The notes: a model not told the origin generated them from the letters alone. DNA of 64,000 nucleotides from Longimicrobiales bacterium (GCA_965202805.1 OZ241869.1:2528001-2592000), one strand, 5' to 3'; counted from the stretch's first letter, positions 1 to 12,033 are shown. Numbers and translations: made by a program.

Positions 1-1
1 G

Positions 2-649
2 GAGCTGGGCGCCACCGTGTGCACGCCCCGGTCGCCGTCCTGCGGGGCGTGTCCGGTGGCGGCGGGCTGTCGGGCGCGCGCGGCCGGCACGGTGGCGGAG
101 CGGCCGCTGCCAAGGGGGCGGCGGGCCGTGCCGACCCGCACCTGGGGGGTGCTGGTCGCGGTCTCGCCGCGGGGCAGGACGCTGGTGGTGCGGCGGCCGC
201 CGGAAGGGCTGCTCGGGGGGATGTGGGAGTTCCCGGCGGTGGAGGTGGAGGACGGCGCCGACGCGCGGACCCGGGTGGAGGGACGTGTGGGACGGCAGGC
301 GTCAGCCGGCGGCGGCGGGGCGGACCGGGCCGTGGGCGCCGTACGCGGCACGGTGGGACCACCGGTCGGACAGGGAACCGGGGCTGGCGGGGCTGGCGGC
401 ACCGACAACGCCGTGCGCCCCGCCACGGCACGACCGATGCGGGTCGCCGAACCCGCCCCGGAGGCGGTCGTGGAACTGCCCCCGGTCACCCACCGGTTCT
501 CGCACTTCACCGCGGTCTACCGGCCCTGCCGGGTCGAGGTGGCCGGGGAGTGGGGGGAGGAGGCGGGCCGCTGGGTCACCCCCTCCGAGCTGGCCGACCT
601 GCCGCTTCCGGTCGCCCAGCAGCGCATCGCCCGCGTGGCCCGACTCTGA
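2..649 (+). CDS. mutY: A/G-specific adenine glycosylase, C-terminal part (5' truncated by window edge)
   Basis: ELGATVCTPRSPSCGACPVAAGC is the Cx6Cx2Cx5C Fe-S loop; GLLGGMWEFP and VTHRFSHF belong to the C-terminal NUDIX-like domain; a Gly/Ala-rich insertion lies inside that domain. Confidence 0.9.
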   Translation, partial: ELGATVCTPRSPSCGACPVAAGCRARAAGTVAERPLPRGRRAVPTRTWGVLVAVSPRGRTLVVRRPPEGLLGGMWEFPAVEVEDGADARTRVEGRVGRQASAGGGGADRAVGAVRGTVGPPVGQGTGAGGAGGTDNAVRPATARPMRVAEPAPEAVVELPPVTHRFSHFTAVYRPCRVEVAGEWGEEAGRWVTPSELADLPLPVAQQRIARVARL

Positions 650-689
650 CGGGCCCCCGGCGGCGCTGGCGCGCCTCTTCCTGAATGAC

Positions 690-2159
<1,470 letters not shown>

Positions 2160-2388
2160 GTGTGTCGTGGGGGAGCGGGGGTCGGAAGGACGCCGTGACG
2201 ACCGGCGCCGGATTGGCTAGGATGTAGCACTTCGGGAGGCCGGCTGCCCTGGGTCGGGCCGGGGTCGGGCGGCGCTGCGGCCTCGACAGACTACCCCGCT
2301 CTCCGGGCCCGGATCCTGCCCGCCGCGCGCCGGCTCGATCCACGGCGCAAACAGGCCGCGCAGACCGGAAGCCCGTTCAGGAGCCCGC

Positions 2389-4050
2389 ATGTCGCAACCT
2401 CCGCCGTCCGTGCGGCCCGCCGTCTGGCAGCCGGCCCTGCCCGTCGACCGCTTCATCGTCGAGGAGCCTCCGGACGCCGAAGCAGTCCCCCTGGACGTGG
2501 TCTTCGTGGGGGGAGGACCGGCCGGACTCGCCGGCGCCATACAGCTCGCGAAGCTGGCGCGCGCGGATGGCGAGGCGGGAGGCGATCTGGGCGCACTCGA
2601 GATCGGCGTGCTGGAGAAGGCCGGGGAGCTGGGCGAGCACAGCCTTTCCGGTGCCGTCGTCAACCCGCGCGCCTTCCGGGAGCTCTTCCCCGAGCTCGCC
2701 GACGACGACTTTCCCTTCACGCGCCCGGTTTCCCGCGAAGCGGTGTACCTGCTGACGGGTGCGAGCGCGTTCCGGCTGCCGACGCCGCCTACCATGAGGA
2801 ATCACGGCAACTTCGTGGGCTCGATCTGCGAGATGGTGCGCTGGCTGGGCGAGCGAGCGGAGGAGCTGGGCGTGAACGTCTTCCCGGGGTTCCCGGTCGA
2901 CTCGCTCCTGGTTGAAGAAACACGCGTCAGAGGTGTGCGCACGACGCCCGCCGGCCTCGACCGGGAGGGCGCCCCGGGAGCGGGCTACCAGCCGCCCATG
3001 GACATCTCCGCCACCGTGACGGTGCTCGCCGAAGGCACCCGCGGCCCGCTCACCCAGGCCTGGCTGGAACGGGAGGGCATCGGCTCGCCCAACCCCCAGA
3101 TCTACGCCCTCGGCGTGAAGGAACTCTGGCGCACCCGCCGGCCCCTGGACCGCGTGGTGCACACCCTCGGATGGCCGCTTCCGCGCGATGCCTTCGGGGG
3201 CAGCTTCATGTATCCGCTGGCTGACGATCTGGTCGCGCTGGGGCTGGTCGTGGGGCTGGATTACCAGGATGCCTCGCTCGATGTCCACGAGCTTCTCCAG
3301 AGGATGAAGCTGCACCCGCTCTTTCGCCCGACGCTCGAGGGCGGCGAGATGCTGGAATGGGGCGCGAAGACGATCCCCGAAGGGGGCTACTACTCGGTTC
3401 CGGAACGCCGCCACGGGGAGGGCCTGCTGATCTGCGGCGACGCGGCCGGCCTCGTGGACGTCCCCTCCCTGAAGGGCATCCACTACGCGATGCAGTCGGG
3501 CATCTACGCGGCCCACGCCATCTTCGCCGAACTCAAGGGCGAGGGCGACGGCCTGGCGGGCTTCACCCGCGTCCTGGACGGCTCCTGGGTGATGAAGGAC
3601 CTGCGCCGCACCCGCAATCTGCGCCTGGCCTTCAAGAAGGGCTTCTGGGCGGGCGGGATTAAGGCGGGGCTCATGACGGTGACGGGTGGGGCTTTTCCCG
3701 GTGCCCGCATCCCGGTATCGGAAGACGCCGAGGAGGCGCGACGCCCCGGGGCACCTCAGGCCTTCAGACCCGATGGAGAGCTCACGTTCTCCAAGGTCGA
3801 CGCGGTGTACAAGTCCGGGAACCAGACGCGCGACGACATCCCCAGCCATGTGCTGTCGGGCGACGCGGTGCCTCCGGAGGGAGCCGCCTTCTATGCCCGC
3901 ATGTGCCCGGCCGGGGTGTACGAGGAGGGCGAAGACGGCGAACTGGTCGTGAACGCCCCCAACTGCGTGGACTGCAAGGCGACTGACGTGCTCGGACCGC
4001 GCTGGACGCCGAGGGAAGGGGGCAGCGGGCCGGCGTATCGCAGGATGTAG
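2389..4050 (+). CDS. Electron transfer flavoprotein-quinone oxidoreductase (FixC-FixX fusion type)
   Basis: FAD motif DVVFVGGGPAGLAGA, HSLSGAV, YALGVKELW, WGAKTIPEGG, KGIHYAMQSG; C-terminal ferredoxin CPAGVYE...NCVDCK. Confidence 0.9.
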   Translation: MSQPPPSVRPAVWQPALPVDRFIVEEPPDAEAVPLDVVFVGGGPAGLAGAIQLAKLARADGEAGGDLGALEIGVLEKAGELGEHSLSGAVVNPRAFRELFPELADDDFPFTRPVSREAVYLLTGASAFRLPTPPTMRNHGNFVGSICEMVRWLGERAEELGVNVFPGFPVDSLLVEETRVRGVRTTPAGLDREGAPGAGYQPPMDISATVTVLAEGTRGPLTQAWLEREGIGSPNPQIYALGVKELWRTRRPLDRVVHTLGWPLPRDAFGGSFMYPLADDLVALGLVVGLDYQDASLDVHELLQRMKLHPLFRPTLEGGEMLEWGAKTIPEGGYYSVPERRHGEGLLICGDAAGLVDVPSLKGIHYAMQSGIYAAHAIFAELKGEGDGLAGFTRVLDGSWVMKDLRRTRNLRLAFKKGFWAGGIKAGLMTVTGGAFPGARIPVSEDAEEARRPGAPQAFRPDGELTFSKVDAVYKSGNQTRDDIPSHVLSGDAVPPEGAAFYARMCPAGVYEEGEDGELVVNAPNCVDCKATDVLGPRWTPREGGSGPAYRRM

Positions 4051-4099
4051 GTTGGAAGTTGGATTCAGGTCGCCGGAAATGGCCTGGCGAGGAGGACCC

Positions 4100-5359
4100 A
4101 TGAACCCGGCTGCGGCCATGTCAGACCGGAGGCTTCCGGCCCGCAGGGACGCATCGCAACGGCTCCTGAGCCACCGACCCGCACTCGTGCCGGTGTTCGC
4201 ATTGCTTGCGGCGTCGGCGTGCGCCGAGCGGAGTTCCGAGATCGTGGTCCAGGTCGACAGCGCCGGGGTGCGGATCGTCGAAAGCCGGGCGCCGGCATGG
4301 GCGCCCGGGACCGAATGGCGCGTCGATCCCGAGCCCGTCCTCCGGCTGGGAGCCGCAGACGACGACCCAGCCTCACAGTTCTTCCGGATCCTCGATGTCG
4401 CGCTGCTCGCCGGCGGGGAACTCATCGTCGTGGACGGCGGGTCCGCCGAGGTGCGTCGCTACGACGCCGGGGGCGGCCACCTGTGGAGCACGGGCGGACG
4501 CGGGGAGGGACCGGGCGAGTTCCGCGGCCCGCGCTATCTGGGGCGGCGGGAGGATGGGGCGTTCCTGATCTGGGACCGGGCGCTGCTTCGCCTGTCGGTG
4601 GTCGCCGAGGACGGAGAAGTGCTGCTCAGCGAGCGCAGGACCTCGCCCGATGGATCCGAGTTCATCGCGTTCGGCTTGTTCGACGATGGCGCCTGGCTGG
4701 TCGCCAACCCGAGGCGCGTGTCGGCCCCGGCGGAGGGCACCACGTGGACCGATACCGTGCCGCTGGGACGGTACGACCCGGCGCTGAACGAGCAGTTGGG
4801 TCTGGCGCGCGTTCCAGGCCACCGGTGGATCTGGACCGGCCAGCACATGCTGCCCGTGCCGTTCAGCCCGCAGCCATTGCGGACGATCGTCGGCGATCGC
4901 CTGGCCGTGGCGAGCGGGCCGGATCCGCAGGTTGCGGTCCACGATGCCGACGGTTCGCTGGTGGCCCGGTACCGGCTCGCACGTGCACGGGAGCCGGTGT
5001 CCGAATCGGATGTCGGGCGGATGATCGAGAGTTTCGTCGAGATGGGCCAGGAGCCGGCGGCGGTGTGGCGGCAATGGCGGGACGAGATGGAGATTCCGGC
5101 GCACGAGCCGGCGTTTGACCGACTGCTTGCGGACGACGATCGAAACCTGTGGGCACGCCGATTCACCGCTGACCCGCTCTCGCGCGAACCCCCGTCGTGG
5201 GACGTATTCGACCCGGCGGGAACCTGGCTGGGCGTGGTTGCGACGCCGGGCGGAATGACCGTGACCGCCATCCGTGACGGGTTTGTGGCGGGGATATACC
5301 GGGATGAGCTGGGTGTGGAGTACGTCAGCGTGCATCGCATCGCGACGGATGCCGGCTGA
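4100..5359 (+). CDS. Exported 6-bladed beta-propeller lipoprotein
   Basis: Lipobox LLAASAC, VDSAGVRIVES, GGRGEGPGEF, WDVFDPAGTWLG, DELGVEYV; GGAGG RBS before ATG 4100; start uncertain. Confidence 0.75.
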   Translation: MNPAAAMSDRRLPARRDASQRLLSHRPALVPVFALLAASACAERSSEIVVQVDSAGVRIVESRAPAWAPGTEWRVDPEPVLRLGAADDDPASQFFRILDVALLAGGELIVVDGGSAEVRRYDAGGGHLWSTGGRGEGPGEFRGPRYLGRREDGAFLIWDRALLRLSVVAEDGEVLLSERRTSPDGSEFIAFGLFDDGAWLVANPRRVSAPAEGTTWTDTVPLGRYDPALNEQLGLARVPGHRWIWTGQHMLPVPFSPQPLRTIVGDRLAVASGPDPQVAVHDADGSLVARYRLARAREPVSESDVGRMIESFVEMGQEPAAVWRQWRDEMEIPAHEPAFDRLLADDDRNLWARRFTADPLSREPPSWDVFDPAGTWLGVVATPGGMTVTAIRDGFVAGIYRDELGVEYVSVHRIATDAG

Positions 5360-5474
5360 TCCGCGGGGACCCGATCCGGAGGACGCTGATCCGTAGAGGA
5401 TGCCGTCCGGGGTCATGCGCGGGCGCGCGCGACCCCTCCTCCGATGACCCGGGTGAGTTCCGGCCAGGACGCCG

Positions 5475-6275
5475 CTAGTCGTCCAGGATGCTCACCCTCA
5501 CCCCGGCCTCCGTGCGCACCAGCGCGGGCATGATGGCCGGAATGTCGCGCGTCCGGTAGTGCGCCAGCACCGCCTCCGCGGTCGAGAAGGCGCTCAGCCG
5601 CTCCAGCGTGCGGATCGTGGGGAAGATCATCGGCAGCCGTCCCGTGCGGTGCCGGTCCAGGGCCTTCCCGGGTGAGAGCCAGAGCGAATCGGTCATCTCC
5701 CGCGGGTCGGGGGCGGACCGGGACCCCGCCGGCGCGAGTGCCGCGAAGAAGCGGGTGTCGTAGCGCCGGGTCTCCGCCTCGGGGGTGATCCAGTGGGCGA
5801 TGTACTCGAGCGCGGCTCCGTCGATGCCCACCCCCAGATCGTCCAGGACCTCGGTGAAGCCCAGGGTGCCGGCCAGCAACTGCTCCCGCAGGCGAACCAG
5901 ACGTGCGCGGCCCGACGTCGTGTCCGGCAGGAAGCGCCCTCCGGGCCGTGCGACCAGCACCGCGGCCTCTTCGAAGACCTCGCGCGCGGCGGCCAGGTAG
6001 TACGCGATCGCGGGCGGATCTCCGCCAGGGAGGCCCAGCCGGGCGGCGGCTTCCCGGGGTGTCAGCCGCTCGAGACGCGAGACCAGGGCCGGGTCGGCGT
6101 CCTGCGCATCCACGCGCCCCCCGGGAAAGACGTAGGCACCCGGCACGAATCCCGCGGAGCGGTTGCGCCTCATCAGCAGGAGCTGAAAGCCCGGCGCCCG
6201 CTCCCGCAGAAGAACGACGGTCGCTGCGGGCCGAGGCGCTACGCCGGAGGGCGGAAGGCGTTCAAACCGGTCCAT
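5475..6275 (-). CDS. NUDIX hydrolase (NUDT19/CoA-diphosphatase-like)
   Basis: PRPAATVVLLR, YVFPGGRVD, AAAREVFEEA, HWITPE..RRYDTRFF, MIFPT; ATG overlaps the ggt stop (TGATG). Confidence 0.85.
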   Translation of the reverse strand: MDRFERLPPSGVAPRPAATVVLLRERAPGFQLLLMRRNRSAGFVPGAYVFPGGRVDAQDADPALVSRLERLTPREAAARLGLPGGDPPAIAYYLAAAREVFEEAAVLVARPGGRFLPDTTSGRARLVRLREQLLAGTLGFTEVLDDLGVGIDGAALEYIAHWITPEAETRRYDTRFFAALAPAGSRSAPDPREMTDSLWLSPGKALDRHRTGRLPMIFPTIRTLERLSAFSTAEAVLAHYRTRDIPAIMPALVRTEAGVRVSILDD

Positions 6276-7849
6276 CAGCGCCCGACCGCCATCCCGTCCT
6301 TGCGCGGATCCGACCCCGCCGCCCATCCCCGTTCCAGACGCATCACCCCCTGGCCTCCCCCGAAGGAGGTGAGCGACGGATCGACCACGTGATGTCCCAT
6401 GAGCCCGAGCGCGACCCCGGTCACGCGGCTCAGTCCCTCGACCGCCACCTCGCGTCCGGCGGTGTGGCGAAAGCGGGGGGCTTCGATGGCGGCCTGCAGG
6501 TCCATGCTGAAGACGAGGAGGTTGAGCAGCACCTGAACATGCCCCTGGGGTTGCATGGATCCCCCCATGACGCCGAACGCCAGCCAGGGTTCCTCCCCCC
6601 GTGTCACGAAAGCCGGAATGATGGTGTGCAGGGGCTTCCTGCGGGGCGCCACCTGGTTCGGATGCCCTTCCTCGAAGCTGAAGCAGGCGCCGCGGTTCTG
6701 GAGCGCAAACCCGGTTCCCGGGATCACCACGCCCGAGCCGAACCCCTCGTAGAGGCTGTTGATGAACGACACCATGTTGCCGTGCTCGTCCGCCGTGCAC
6801 AGGTAGATGGTCTCGCTCTCCGGGACCGCGGCGCCCGGGTCCACCCGGTCGGCGGCCTCGCGCGTGTTCAGCAGCGCGCGGCGGGCGTTCACGTGGTCAT
6901 CGGCGAGCAGTGCCTGAGCCGGGATTCTCATGTGGTCCGGGTCGCCCACGTGGCCGGCGAGGTCGGCGAAGGCCAGCTTCTTGGCCTCGATGAGGTGATG
7001 GAGGTAGGCCGGGCTGTTGTGACCCATGACGCCGAGATCGAATCCCTCCAGGATGCGGAGCATCTCGAGCGCGGCGATCCCCTGTCCGGCCGGGGGAAGC
7101 TCCCACAGCGTGTGTCCCGCGAAGTCGGTGGAGAGCGGGGCCACCCAGCGCGGCTCGTGGCCGGCGAGGTCCTCGCGGGTCAGGAAACCACCCAAGCCCT
7201 CCAGCCCCTCCACCAGCCGCCGGCCGAGCGCGCCCGTGTAGAAGGCCTCCGCCCCCCCGCCCGCGACCCGGCGGAGGCTCGCGGCCAGCTCCGGCGACCG
7301 GAACCACTCCCCGGCGCGCGGGGCGCGTCGCCCGCCCACCAGGTAAGTCGCAGCCGCCCCACGGTCGCCGCGCAGCTTGTCGGCTGCGGCCGCCCACTGG
7401 CCGGCGATGATGGGGGTGACCGGAAAGCCCTCCTCCGCAACGCGGATGGCCGGCGCGAGCACTTCCGGGAAGGTCATCGCGCCGAACCGGTCCAGCAGGG
7501 CCGCCCACCCCGCGACCGCCCCCGGCACCGTCACCGATCCCGGCCCGCTCGCGGGCACGTCCTCCAGCCCCGCGGCCGCGATCGCCTCGCGCGACATGCC
7601 CGACCCCGACCGCCCGCTCGAGTCGAGCCCGACCAGCCGGCCCTCCGCCGCCGACCACAGCAGCGCGAACATGTCGCCGCCCATCCCCGTCATGTGCGGC
7701 TCGACCACGTTCAGCATGGCCGCGGCGGCGACGGCCGCATCGACCGCGTTCCCGCCCCGTTCCATCACCGAGAGCGCCGCCCAGCTGGCGAGCGGCTGGC
7801 TGGTGGCGGCGGCGCTTCTGGGCGCGTAGACGGCGGATCGGCCGGTCAC
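6275..7849 (-). CDS. ggt: Gamma-glutamyltransferase (no signal peptide, probably cytoplasmic)
   Basis: GGNAVDAAVA, VEPHMTGMGGD, autocatalytic Thr in ETIYLCTAD, PLHTIIP, GVMGGSMQPQGH, GSDPRKDG. Confidence 0.92.
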   Translation of the reverse strand: MTGRSAVYAPRSAAATSQPLASWAALSVMERGGNAVDAAVAAAAMLNVVEPHMTGMGGDMFALLWSAAEGRLVGLDSSGRSGSGMSREAIAAAGLEDVPASGPGSVTVPGAVAGWAALLDRFGAMTFPEVLAPAIRVAEEGFPVTPIIAGQWAAAADKLRGDRGAAATYLVGGRRAPRAGEWFRSPELAASLRRVAGGGAEAFYTGALGRRLVEGLEGLGGFLTREDLAGHEPRWVAPLSTDFAGHTLWELPPAGQGIAALEMLRILEGFDLGVMGHNSPAYLHHLIEAKKLAFADLAGHVGDPDHMRIPAQALLADDHVNARRALLNTREAADRVDPGAAVPESETIYLCTADEHGNMVSFINSLYEGFGSGVVIPGTGFALQNRGACFSFEEGHPNQVAPRRKPLHTIIPAFVTRGEEPWLAFGVMGGSMQPQGHVQVLLNLLVFSMDLQAAIEAPRFRHTAGREVAVEGLSRVTGVALGLMGHHVVDPSLTSFGGGQGVMRLERGWAAGSDPRKDGMAVGR

Positions 7850-7982
7850 GGCCGCCCGCTCCGGTTCTGGTGTGGGCGCATGGGCCGCTCCCGGGCGTGG
7901 TTCGGCTGGCGCAAACGCGCGTGCCGCGCCAAGCTAGAGAGAGCGAACGGAGCCTGCCAGCCTCCCCCCGGCGGAACCCGGT

Positions 7983-8125
7983 CTGCCAAAATGGCAGTCC
8001 CGGCACGCCGAGTCGGCCAATATGTCAGGCCCGATTCGTGCATCTGGGCCCGACACCATGCATTTCGTCTGACATGGAAGGCGAGCAAACCGCCTGGAAG
8101 TCGGGGCGATCTGCCCTTCTGACAG
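7983..8125. promoter_or_regulatory. Three palindromic CTGCCA-N3-TG(G/T/A)CAG-like boxes between the divergent ggt and lon genes
   Basis: CTGCCAaaaTGGCAG 7983-7997 (perfect), CGGCCAataTGTCAG 8014-8028, CTGCCCttcTGACAG 8111-8125. Confidence 0.5.
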
Positions 8126-8211
8126 GACATTCGCGTCGCGGGTCGCAGGTACGGCCGGCTTCGCGGGGCAGGCCACCTGACTCGCCGGGCAAACGATAAG
8201 GAGTCGGATCC

Positions 8212-10752
8212 GTGGGCGAACGTTACAGGCTACCCGTCCTTCCGCTGCGGGACACGGTGGTGTACCCGGGCGTGGCGGTGCCCATATCGGCCGGTCGACC
8301 CGGCACCATAGAGGCCGTTCAGGCTGCCCTCGAGGGAGACCGCAAGCTGCTTGCGGTGGCCCAGCGGGAGAACGTGGACAAGCCGACCCCCGAAGGGCTG
8401 TACGAGGTGGGCACGGTGGTGCGCATCATTCAGACCCACCGCGTGCGGGCGGGGATCCAGTTGCTCGTGCAGGGGGACAGGCGGGCACAGGTGCTCTCCT
8501 ACGAGAAGCGCGGCAAGACCATGCTCGCCGCCATCGTCCTGGACCTCGAGAGAATCCCGCCGCGCAGCGAAAAGGACCCCGCCTTCCAGGCCCTGGACCG
8601 CGAACTGCGCGATCGTGCGGCCGGGCTGGGAACCCGGCGCGGCGTCCCCGCCGAGTCCCTCAACCAGCTCATCCAGGGCGTGGACGAACCGGGCGCGTTC
8701 GCGGATCTGGTGGCCTTCTACCTGGACCTGCAAACCGCGGAGAAGCAGCGGCTGCTGGAGGTGCTGGACGACGAGGACCGCATGCGCCAGGCGCTTGTGG
8801 CGGTGGAGCGCGAGCTGGTGCGGCTCAGCGCGCAGGAGGAGATCCAGGCCCGGGTGCAGGAGGAGTTGGGAGAGCGCCAGCGCGAGATGCTCCTTCGCGA
8901 GCAGATGAAGCAGATCCGGCGCGAACTGGGCGACGAGGACGAAAAGGCCGAACTGGACGATCTGCGCGAGCGAATCGAGGCGCTTCGGCTCAACGACGAT
9001 GCTCGCACCGAGGTCCGGCGCGAGCTCAAGCGCCTGGGGAGGACGAATCCCCAGTCGGCGGAATACCAGGTCATCCGGACCTACCTCGAGTGGATCACGG
9101 AACTGCCCTGGGATGATCGCACCGAGGACAAGATCGACCTGGAAGCGGCAGCGGAGGTGCTCGCCGAAGACCACTACGGGCTGGAGGACGTCAAGGACCG
9201 CATCCTCGAGTTCCTCGCCGTGCGCAAGCTGCAGGCGGAGCGGGCGGCGGACGCGGAAGAAGCGGAAGGCGAGGATGCCGGAGAGGAGGAAGTTCTCCGG
9301 GAGGCCGAGGCCGGGGCCGCCCGGAACGGCTCCGGGACGGAGGACGAGCCGGCCGATACGCCGCCCGCGAGCGGCCAGGGGCCCATCCTGCTCTTCGTGG
9401 GGCCGCCCGGCGTCGGCAAGACCAGCATCGCGCAGTCCATTGCCCGCGCGATCGGACGCAAGTATGTGCGCATCTCGCTGGGCGGCGCGCGCGACGAAGC
9501 GGATATCCGGGGTCATCGACGCACATACGTGGGCGCGATGCCCGGCCGGATCATCCAGGGAATGCGCCAGGTGAAGTCGAAGAATCCCGTATTCCTGCTC
9601 GACGAGGTCGACAAGCTGGGCATCTCCTTCCAGGGCGATCCCAGCGCGGCCCTGCTCGAAGTGCTGGACCGGGCCCAGAACTGGACCTTCACCGACCACT
9701 ACCTGGGGGTCCCCTTCGACCTGTCGGAGGTGCTGTTCGTCGCGACCGCAAACTACTGGGACCGCATTCCGCCCCCGCTGCTCGACCGCATGGAGCGGGT
9801 CGACTTCAGCGGGTACACCGAGCAGGAGAAGCTGGAGATCGCCAGGCGTTACCTGCTGCCCAGGCAGCTGGAGGAGAACGGCCTGCTCGACGAGGAGATG
9901 GAGCTGGGTGACGAGGCGATCCTGAACGTGATCAGCGAGTACACGCGCGAGGCAGGCGTCCGCCAGCTGGAGCGCGAGATCGGAAAGCTGGCGCGCAAGG
10001 TAGCGCGCAGGATCGCCGGCGGCGGATGCGAGCAGATGGTCGTGGACCAGGATGTCGTGCGCGAACTTCTGGGTCGCCCGCGGGTGCACCCCGAGGTGAT
10101 GGCGGAGGAGGACCGGGTGGGCGTGGCCACCGGAATGTTCTACACACCTACCGGCGGCGATATCATGTTCGTAGAGGCCAGCGTCATGCCGGGGGACGGG
10201 AAGCTGGTGCTCACCGGGCAGTTGGGCGACGTGATGAAGGAATCGGGGCGGGCGGCGCTGACCTATGCCCGCAGCCATCACGAGAGCCTGGGGATGTCGG
10301 TCGAGGATGTGCTGGACAAGGAGGTGCACATCCACGTGCCGGCCGGCGCGGTGCCCAAGGACGGCCCCTCGGCCGGGATCACGATGGCGACCGCCCTGAT
10401 CTCGGCGCTGTCGGGGCGTCCGGTGAGGCGCGACGTGGCCATGACCGGCGAGCTGACGCTGACGGGAAGGGTGCTCCCCATCGGCGGCCTGAAGGAGAAG
10501 ATCCTGGGCGCCGTTCGCGCGGGCATCCAGGAGATCGTGCTCCCCGCCGACAATCATGCCGACCTCGAAGACCTCTCCGACGAGGTGCGCGCCGACCTGG
10601 TTCTGCACCTGGTTTCCGGTCTCGACGACGTCGCCCGGGTGGCGTTCGCGGGCGGGCTGGCACCGGAGGCGGATCCGGTCGAGGCCGCCGACCCGATGAC
10701 GCTGCTCACGTCCGGCGGCTCGTCCTCCGCGCCCGAGGTCGCGACGCACTGA
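8212..10752 (+). CDS. lon: ATP-dependent Lon protease
   Basis: LPVLPLRD N-domain, Walker A GPPGVGKT, Walker B LLDEVDK, catalytic [25 protein letters not shown] before GTG. Confidence 0.97.
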   Translation: MGERYRLPVLPLRDTVVYPGVAVPISAGRPGTIEAVQAALEGDRKLLAVAQRENVDKPTPEGLYEVGTVVRIIQTHRVRAGIQLLVQGDRRAQVLSYEKRGKTMLAAIVLDLERIPPRSEKDPAFQALDRELRDRAAGLGTRRGVPAESLNQLIQGVDEPGAFADLVAFYLDLQTAEKQRLLEVLDDEDRMRQALVAVERELVRLSAQEEIQARVQEELGERQREMLLREQMKQIRRELGDEDEKAELDDLRERIEALRLNDDARTEVRRELKRLGRTNPQSAEYQVIRTYLEWITELPWDDRTEDKIDLEAAAEVLAEDHYGLEDVKDRILEFLAVRKLQAERAADAEEAEGEDAGEEEVLREAEAGAARNGSGTEDEPADTPPASGQGPILLFVGPPGVGKTSIAQSIARAIGRKYVRISLGGARDEADIRGHRRTYVGAMPGRIIQGMRQVKSKNPVFLLDEVDKLGISFQGDPSAALLEVLDRAQNWTFTDHYLGVPFDLSEVLFVATANYWDRIPPPLLDRMERVDFSGYTEQEKLEIARRYLLPRQLEENGLLDEEMELGDEAILNVISEYTREAGVRQLEREIGKLARKVARRIAGGGCEQMVVDQDVVRELLGRPRVHPEVMAEEDRVGVATGMFYTPTGGDIMFVEASVMPGDGKLVLTGQLGDVMKESGRAALTYARSHHESLGMSVEDVLDKEVHIHVPAGAVPKDGPSAGITMATALISALSGRPVRRDVAMTGELTLTGRVLPIGGLKEKILGAVRAGIQEIVLPADNHADLEDLSDEVRADLVLHLVSGLDDVARVAFAGGLAPEADPVEAADPMTLLTSGGSSSAPEVATH

Positions 10753-10787
10753 CCTCGCCGACCCTCGAGGTCGCCCCGGGCGCCGTG

Positions 10788-11885
10788 ATGGGACGGCACC
10801 ACGGGCGGCCGGCGGCCCGTCACTACGGACGGCCCGACCTGGAGTACCGGGCCGCAGTGGACTCCGCGGCCGTCCTCGACCGGTCGCACCGCAGCCGGCT
10901 GGCCGTGTCGGGCCGGGCGCCGGTGCGCATGCTCGGCGGCGTGATCACCAACAGCGTCCCGCCACCCCCCGAGCCGACCTCCTCCGGGCTGCTCGCGGGG
11001 CGCACGGCCTACAGCACCGTGCTCATCCCCAAGGGACGCATGGTCACGGACCTGGTCGTCGCCTGGCGGGGCACGCGCGAGGACCGCCACGGCCTCTGGC
11101 TGCACCTGCCGGCCGCCGGGCACGCACCCCTCGTCGCCCATCTGCGCAAGTTCCTGCCGCCCCGGTTCGCCTTCGTCGACGACGTCACCGAGGCGACCGG
11201 CACACTCACCGTCGCCGGCCCGGCCGGGGCCGGCCTGATCGAGACCGCCCTCGGGATCGCCCCCGGCGCACTCTCCGCCCTCGAAGAAGACGGCTGCCTG
11301 CTCACCGGCCCGGCGCCGGACGGCTTGCTGGTCGCGCGCCTGGGCGAGGTGCGGCTGCCCGCCTTCGACGTCCTGGGTGGCCGGGCTCCGCTCGAACGGC
11401 TGGGCGCCGAGCTGGTCCGCCTGGGCGCGGTGCCGACCGGCATGGGCGTCTTCGAGACGCTGCGCATCGAGGCGGGCCGGCCCGAGTTCGGCCTGGACAT
11501 GGACGACCGCACCATCCCCACCGAAGCGGGCATCGACGATCGCGCGATCGACCACGGCAAGGGCTGCTACACGGGGCAGGAGGTGATCGTGCGCATCCGC
11601 GACCGGGGCCACGTCAACCGGCACCTGCGCGGCCTCCTGCTCGGCGATGCCGCCACCCCCGCGCCCGGGACGCCTCTGTACACGGGAGCGCGCGCCAGGC
11701 CGGTCGGGCAGATCACCAGCGCCGCCATGTCGCCCGCCTTCGGGCAGACCATCGCGCTGGGGTTCGTGCGCCGGGAGGTCATCCCCCCCGCCGAAGTTCG
11801 GCTGGGAAACCCGGACGGGCCGCCGGTGGGCGTGCGCGTGGTCGGGGAAGGCGGCTGGGAGCTTCAGCCGGGCGATCTGAGCTGA
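10788..11885 (+). CDS. ygfZ: Folate-binding YgfZ/GcvT-family protein
   Basis: KGCYTGQEVIVR signature, ETLRIEAGRP; start could be about 13 codons further upstream. Confidence 0.85.
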   Translation: MGRHHGRPAARHYGRPDLEYRAAVDSAAVLDRSHRSRLAVSGRAPVRMLGGVITNSVPPPPEPTSSGLLAGRTAYSTVLIPKGRMVTDLVVAWRGTREDRHGLWLHLPAAGHAPLVAHLRKFLPPRFAFVDDVTEATGTLTVAGPAGAGLIETALGIAPGALSALEEDGCLLTGPAPDGLLVARLGEVRLPAFDVLGGRAPLERLGAELVRLGAVPTGMGVFETLRIEAGRPEFGLDMDDRTIPTEAGIDDRAIDHGKGCYTGQEVIVRIRDRGHVNRHLRGLLLGDAATPAPGTPLYTGARARPVGQITSAAMSPAFGQTIALGFVRREVIPPAEVRLGNPDGPPVGVRVVGEGGWELQPGDLS

Positions 11886-12014
11886 GGAGGTGCCGCGACC
11901 ACGGTGTGCCCGAGCCCACCACCGACTCCCAGACCTCGAACCAACCTTGACAGCGGGCGACCCGCACCGCAGCCGCCTCGGACGCCTCCCGCACGGGCTA
12001 CGCCAAGCGTGGGG

Positions 12015-12033
12015 TTGACATATATGTTAACAT
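12015..12033 (+). promoter_or_regulatory. -35 hexamer embedded in AT-rich palindromes (candidate antitoxin operator)
   Basis: TTGACATATATGTTAA (12015-12030, one mismatched pair) overlaps perfect ATGTTAACAT (12024-12033), just upstream of the toxin; no clear -10 seen. Confidence 0.55.

Noticed and set aside
8140..8165. Sigma54 promoter upstream of lon (AGGTACGGCCGGCTTCGC)
   Set aside because: The GG and GC are not at the required GG-N10-GC spacing
10788..11885. gcvT aminomethyltransferase
   Set aside because: The KGCYxGQE motif identifies YgfZ rather than GcvT
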